A stretch of DNA of 64,000 nucleotides from an uncultured Acidobacteriota bacterium (GTDB lineage Bacteria > Acidobacteriota > Thermoanaerobaculia > UBA5066 > Gp7-AA6): the NCBI GenBank assembly GCA_963733815.1, contig CAVTEG010000015.1, forward strand, positions 171,910 to 235,909, written 5' to 3'. Below the pieces are notes generated by a model, which worked only from the letters and a program-made list of their open reading frames with translations, made no database searches and was not told where the DNA came from. Made by a program: the position numbers and the translations under genes. Below are positions 62,425-64,000 of this stretch, piece by piece; position 1 is the stretch's first letter; every line of letters starts with the position of its first letter.

Positions 62425-63179
62425 GCGCCTCGGAGGGAAGGGGACGTCTCCTCGTCTTTTCCGACCCCGCCGCACTCGCGCGCGCGGCGGCGGACGACTT
62501 CGCCCGCCGCGCCTCGGGCTCCGTAGCGGCACGGGGGCGCTTCACGGTCGCGCTCTCCGGCGGCACGACTCCCCGGCGCCTGTACGAGCTTCTGGCGGGG
62601 GAGCCTTACCGTGCCCGGGTTCCCTGGGAGAAGACGCACCTCTTCTGGGGGGACGAGCGCCACGTGCCTCCCGACGATCCGCAGAGCAACTACCGCATGG
62701 CGCGGGAGGCGCTGCTCTCCAAGGTTCCCATCCCCGAATCCAACGTGCATCGCACCGAGGCGGAGCTTCCGGACGCGTCCGAGGCGGCCGCGCGGTACGA
62801 CGGCGAAATCCGCCGCTTCTTCGAGCTCCCTCCGGGACAGTTTCCGAGCTTCGACCTGATGTATCTCGGGCTGGGTCCTGAGGGGCACACGGCTTCGCTC
62901 TTTCCGGAAACCACGGCTCTCGAGGTCCAGGATCGGCTGGTCGTCGCGACCTGGGTCGCCAAGCTCGACGCGGACCGGATCACGATGACCTATCCGGTCT
63001 TCCGCGAGGCGTGCGCGGTCGCCTTCCTGGTGGAAGGCGCGAAGAAAACCGAGATCCTGGCCGCCGTCCGAAACCCGGTGACGGCCGCGGACTACCCGGC
63101 CGGGCGCATCCACCCCCGTGAAGGCGAGCTTCTCTGGTTCGCCGACCGGGCCGCGGCGGGAACCGGGTCTTCGACCTAA
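62421..63179 (+). CDS. pgl: 6-phosphogluconolactonase
   Basis: The GTG start overlaps the upstream stop. The motifs ALSGGTTP, HLFWGDER and LGLGPEGHTASLFP are present. Confidence 0.8.
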   Translation: MSASEGRGRLLVFSDPAALARAAADDFARRASGSVAARGRFTVALSGGTTPRRLYELLAGEPYRARVPWEKTHLFWGDERHVPPDDPQSNYRMAREALLSKVPIPESNVHRTEAELPDASEAAARYDGEIRRFFELPPGQFPSFDLMYLGLGPEGHTASLFPETTALEVQDRLVVATWVAKLDADRITMTYPVFREACAVAFLVEGAKKTEILAAVRNPVTAADYPAGRIHPREGELLWFADRAAAGTGSST

Positions 63180-63441
63180 GGGCTTCTTCAGAAAATCGTT
63201 GGGAGTCCTTTTCCGATGGTTTCCGGCAAATCCGTAAGGGCCCTCACCCCGTACAAGACGAGGAGGCAGGAACCGAGTTCGGGGCGTCCGGAGGCTTGAA
63301 ACCGGGGGAGCGGCTATAAGATCTCGCGATTCAACCGGTCCGGTACGCGAACCGGGTTGGCGAGTCACTCGACGAGGCCATGGCGGTCTCGCCGATTCGT
63401 TGGGGAGCCCCCGCAAAGGGGGCAACGAAAGGAGACCTTGG

Positions 63442-63867
63442 ATGAAGAAGGGTGATCTGACGGTGAAGGCTCTCGGCCTCGCGGTCGCGGGCGTCCTCGC
63501 AGGCTCCGGCCTGATGGCGGCGCTGCCGGCCGGCGGGGTGAAGGGCGACGAGGCGAGGCCGGCTTCGACCGACGCGAAGGCCCAGGACAAGGCGGGCGCG
63601 ACGTCGGACAAGCACGTCTGCAAGGGCCAGAACGCGTGTAAGGGCAAGGGCGGCTGTAAGGCCGGCGACAACGGATGCGCAGGCAAGAACTCTTGCAAGG
63701 GCAAGGGCGGCTGCGCTTCGGCCGACATGAAGCACTCCTGCAAGGGCATGAACTCGTGCAAGGGCCAGGGCGGCTGCAAGAGCGGCGACTCCGGTTGCGC
63801 GGGCAAGAACTCTTGCAAGGGCAAGGGCGGCTGCGCGGTTCCGGTGGCTCCGAAGAAGGCGGCCTAA
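63442..63867 (+). CDS. Secreted 12-Cys repeat peptide (two tandem 6-Cys units), candidate metal-binding or RiPP metallophore precursor-like
   Basis: The signal peptide is MKKGDLTVKALGLAVAGVLAGSGLMAA. The core contains two copies of xCKGxNxCKGxGGCKxGDxGCAGKNSCKGKGGCA. A good RBS AAAGGAGA is present. Confidence 0.65.
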   Translation: MKKGDLTVKALGLAVAGVLAGSGLMAALPAGGVKGDEARPASTDAKAQDKAGATSDKHVCKGQNACKGKGGCKAGDNGCAGKNSCKGKGGCASADMKHSCKGMNSCKGQGGCKSGDSGCAGKNSCKGKGGCAVPVAPKKAA

Positions 63868-64000
63868 CTCGATCGTTCATAAACCCGGGGGCCGCGGAGA
63901 TCCCGCGGCTCCCGGGCTCATCGGACCTCCAACCTTGATGCCCGAAACCCGAAATCGCTGGAGCTTCCCCGACCTCGGTGTCGGCGTGGGCCTGCGCACG

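Overview
High-GC (about 68%) bacterial chromosomal segment with Gram-negative-type features (outer-membrane porins, Tat signals, kdpFABC). The phylum cannot be fixed from sequence alone. An Acidobacteria-like or deltaproteobacteria-like soil organism is only a guess, prompted by the SLH domains, sigma-54 regulation and high GC.

Main contents, left to right:
- glnA and a homocysteine S-methyltransferase.
- A rearranged Kdp K+-uptake locus on the minus strand. KdpD is split into two genes, an N-terminal KdpD/Usp gene at the 3' end and a C-terminal membrane/GAF/histidine-kinase gene plus kdpE at the 5' end. Between these and kdpF sit two paralogous small membrane proteins, each with a conserved leader motif, and a porin.
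- queA, an MBL-fold hydrolase and tRNA-Asn(GTT).
- An S-layer-type cupredoxin-IPT-SLH protein.
- A vWA protein, an HpcH-family aldolase and a ChlI-like AAA+ ATPase.
- A Tat-dependent ABC substrate-binding protein and a PrpR/RamB-type (short-chain acyl-CoA) regulator next to a hotdog thioesterase.
- A selenocysteine formate dehydrogenase operon (fdnG(Sec)-fdnH-fdnI-fdhE).
- About 17 kb (about 27.8-44.8 kb) in which almost every gene carries multiple frameshifts: fdnG/H, two acyl-CoA synthetases, a porin, a complete ABC sugar-type transporter and an MFS transporter. This is either a decaying gene block or a low-quality stretch of the assembly.
- The right-hand third is the most interesting part. 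A sigma-54/NtrC-type two-component module sits directly upstream of a perfect -24/-12 promoter. That promoter drives a small leader-plus-repeat protein of about 50 aa plus 14 tandem nonapeptide units (ARATGKS[IV]G). Convergent with it is an operon encoding a STAS protein, a triple-GAF-HlyD fusion, and a PqqD-like(RRE)-M50/S2P protease-HlyD fusion. The whole looks like an undescribed leader-dependent peptide processing and export system.
- Flanking this locus are a stand-alone DGQHR (DndB-like) protein, LemA-HtpX, and at the window edge a signal-peptide-bearing 12-Cys repeat peptide reminiscent of RiPP metallophore precursors.
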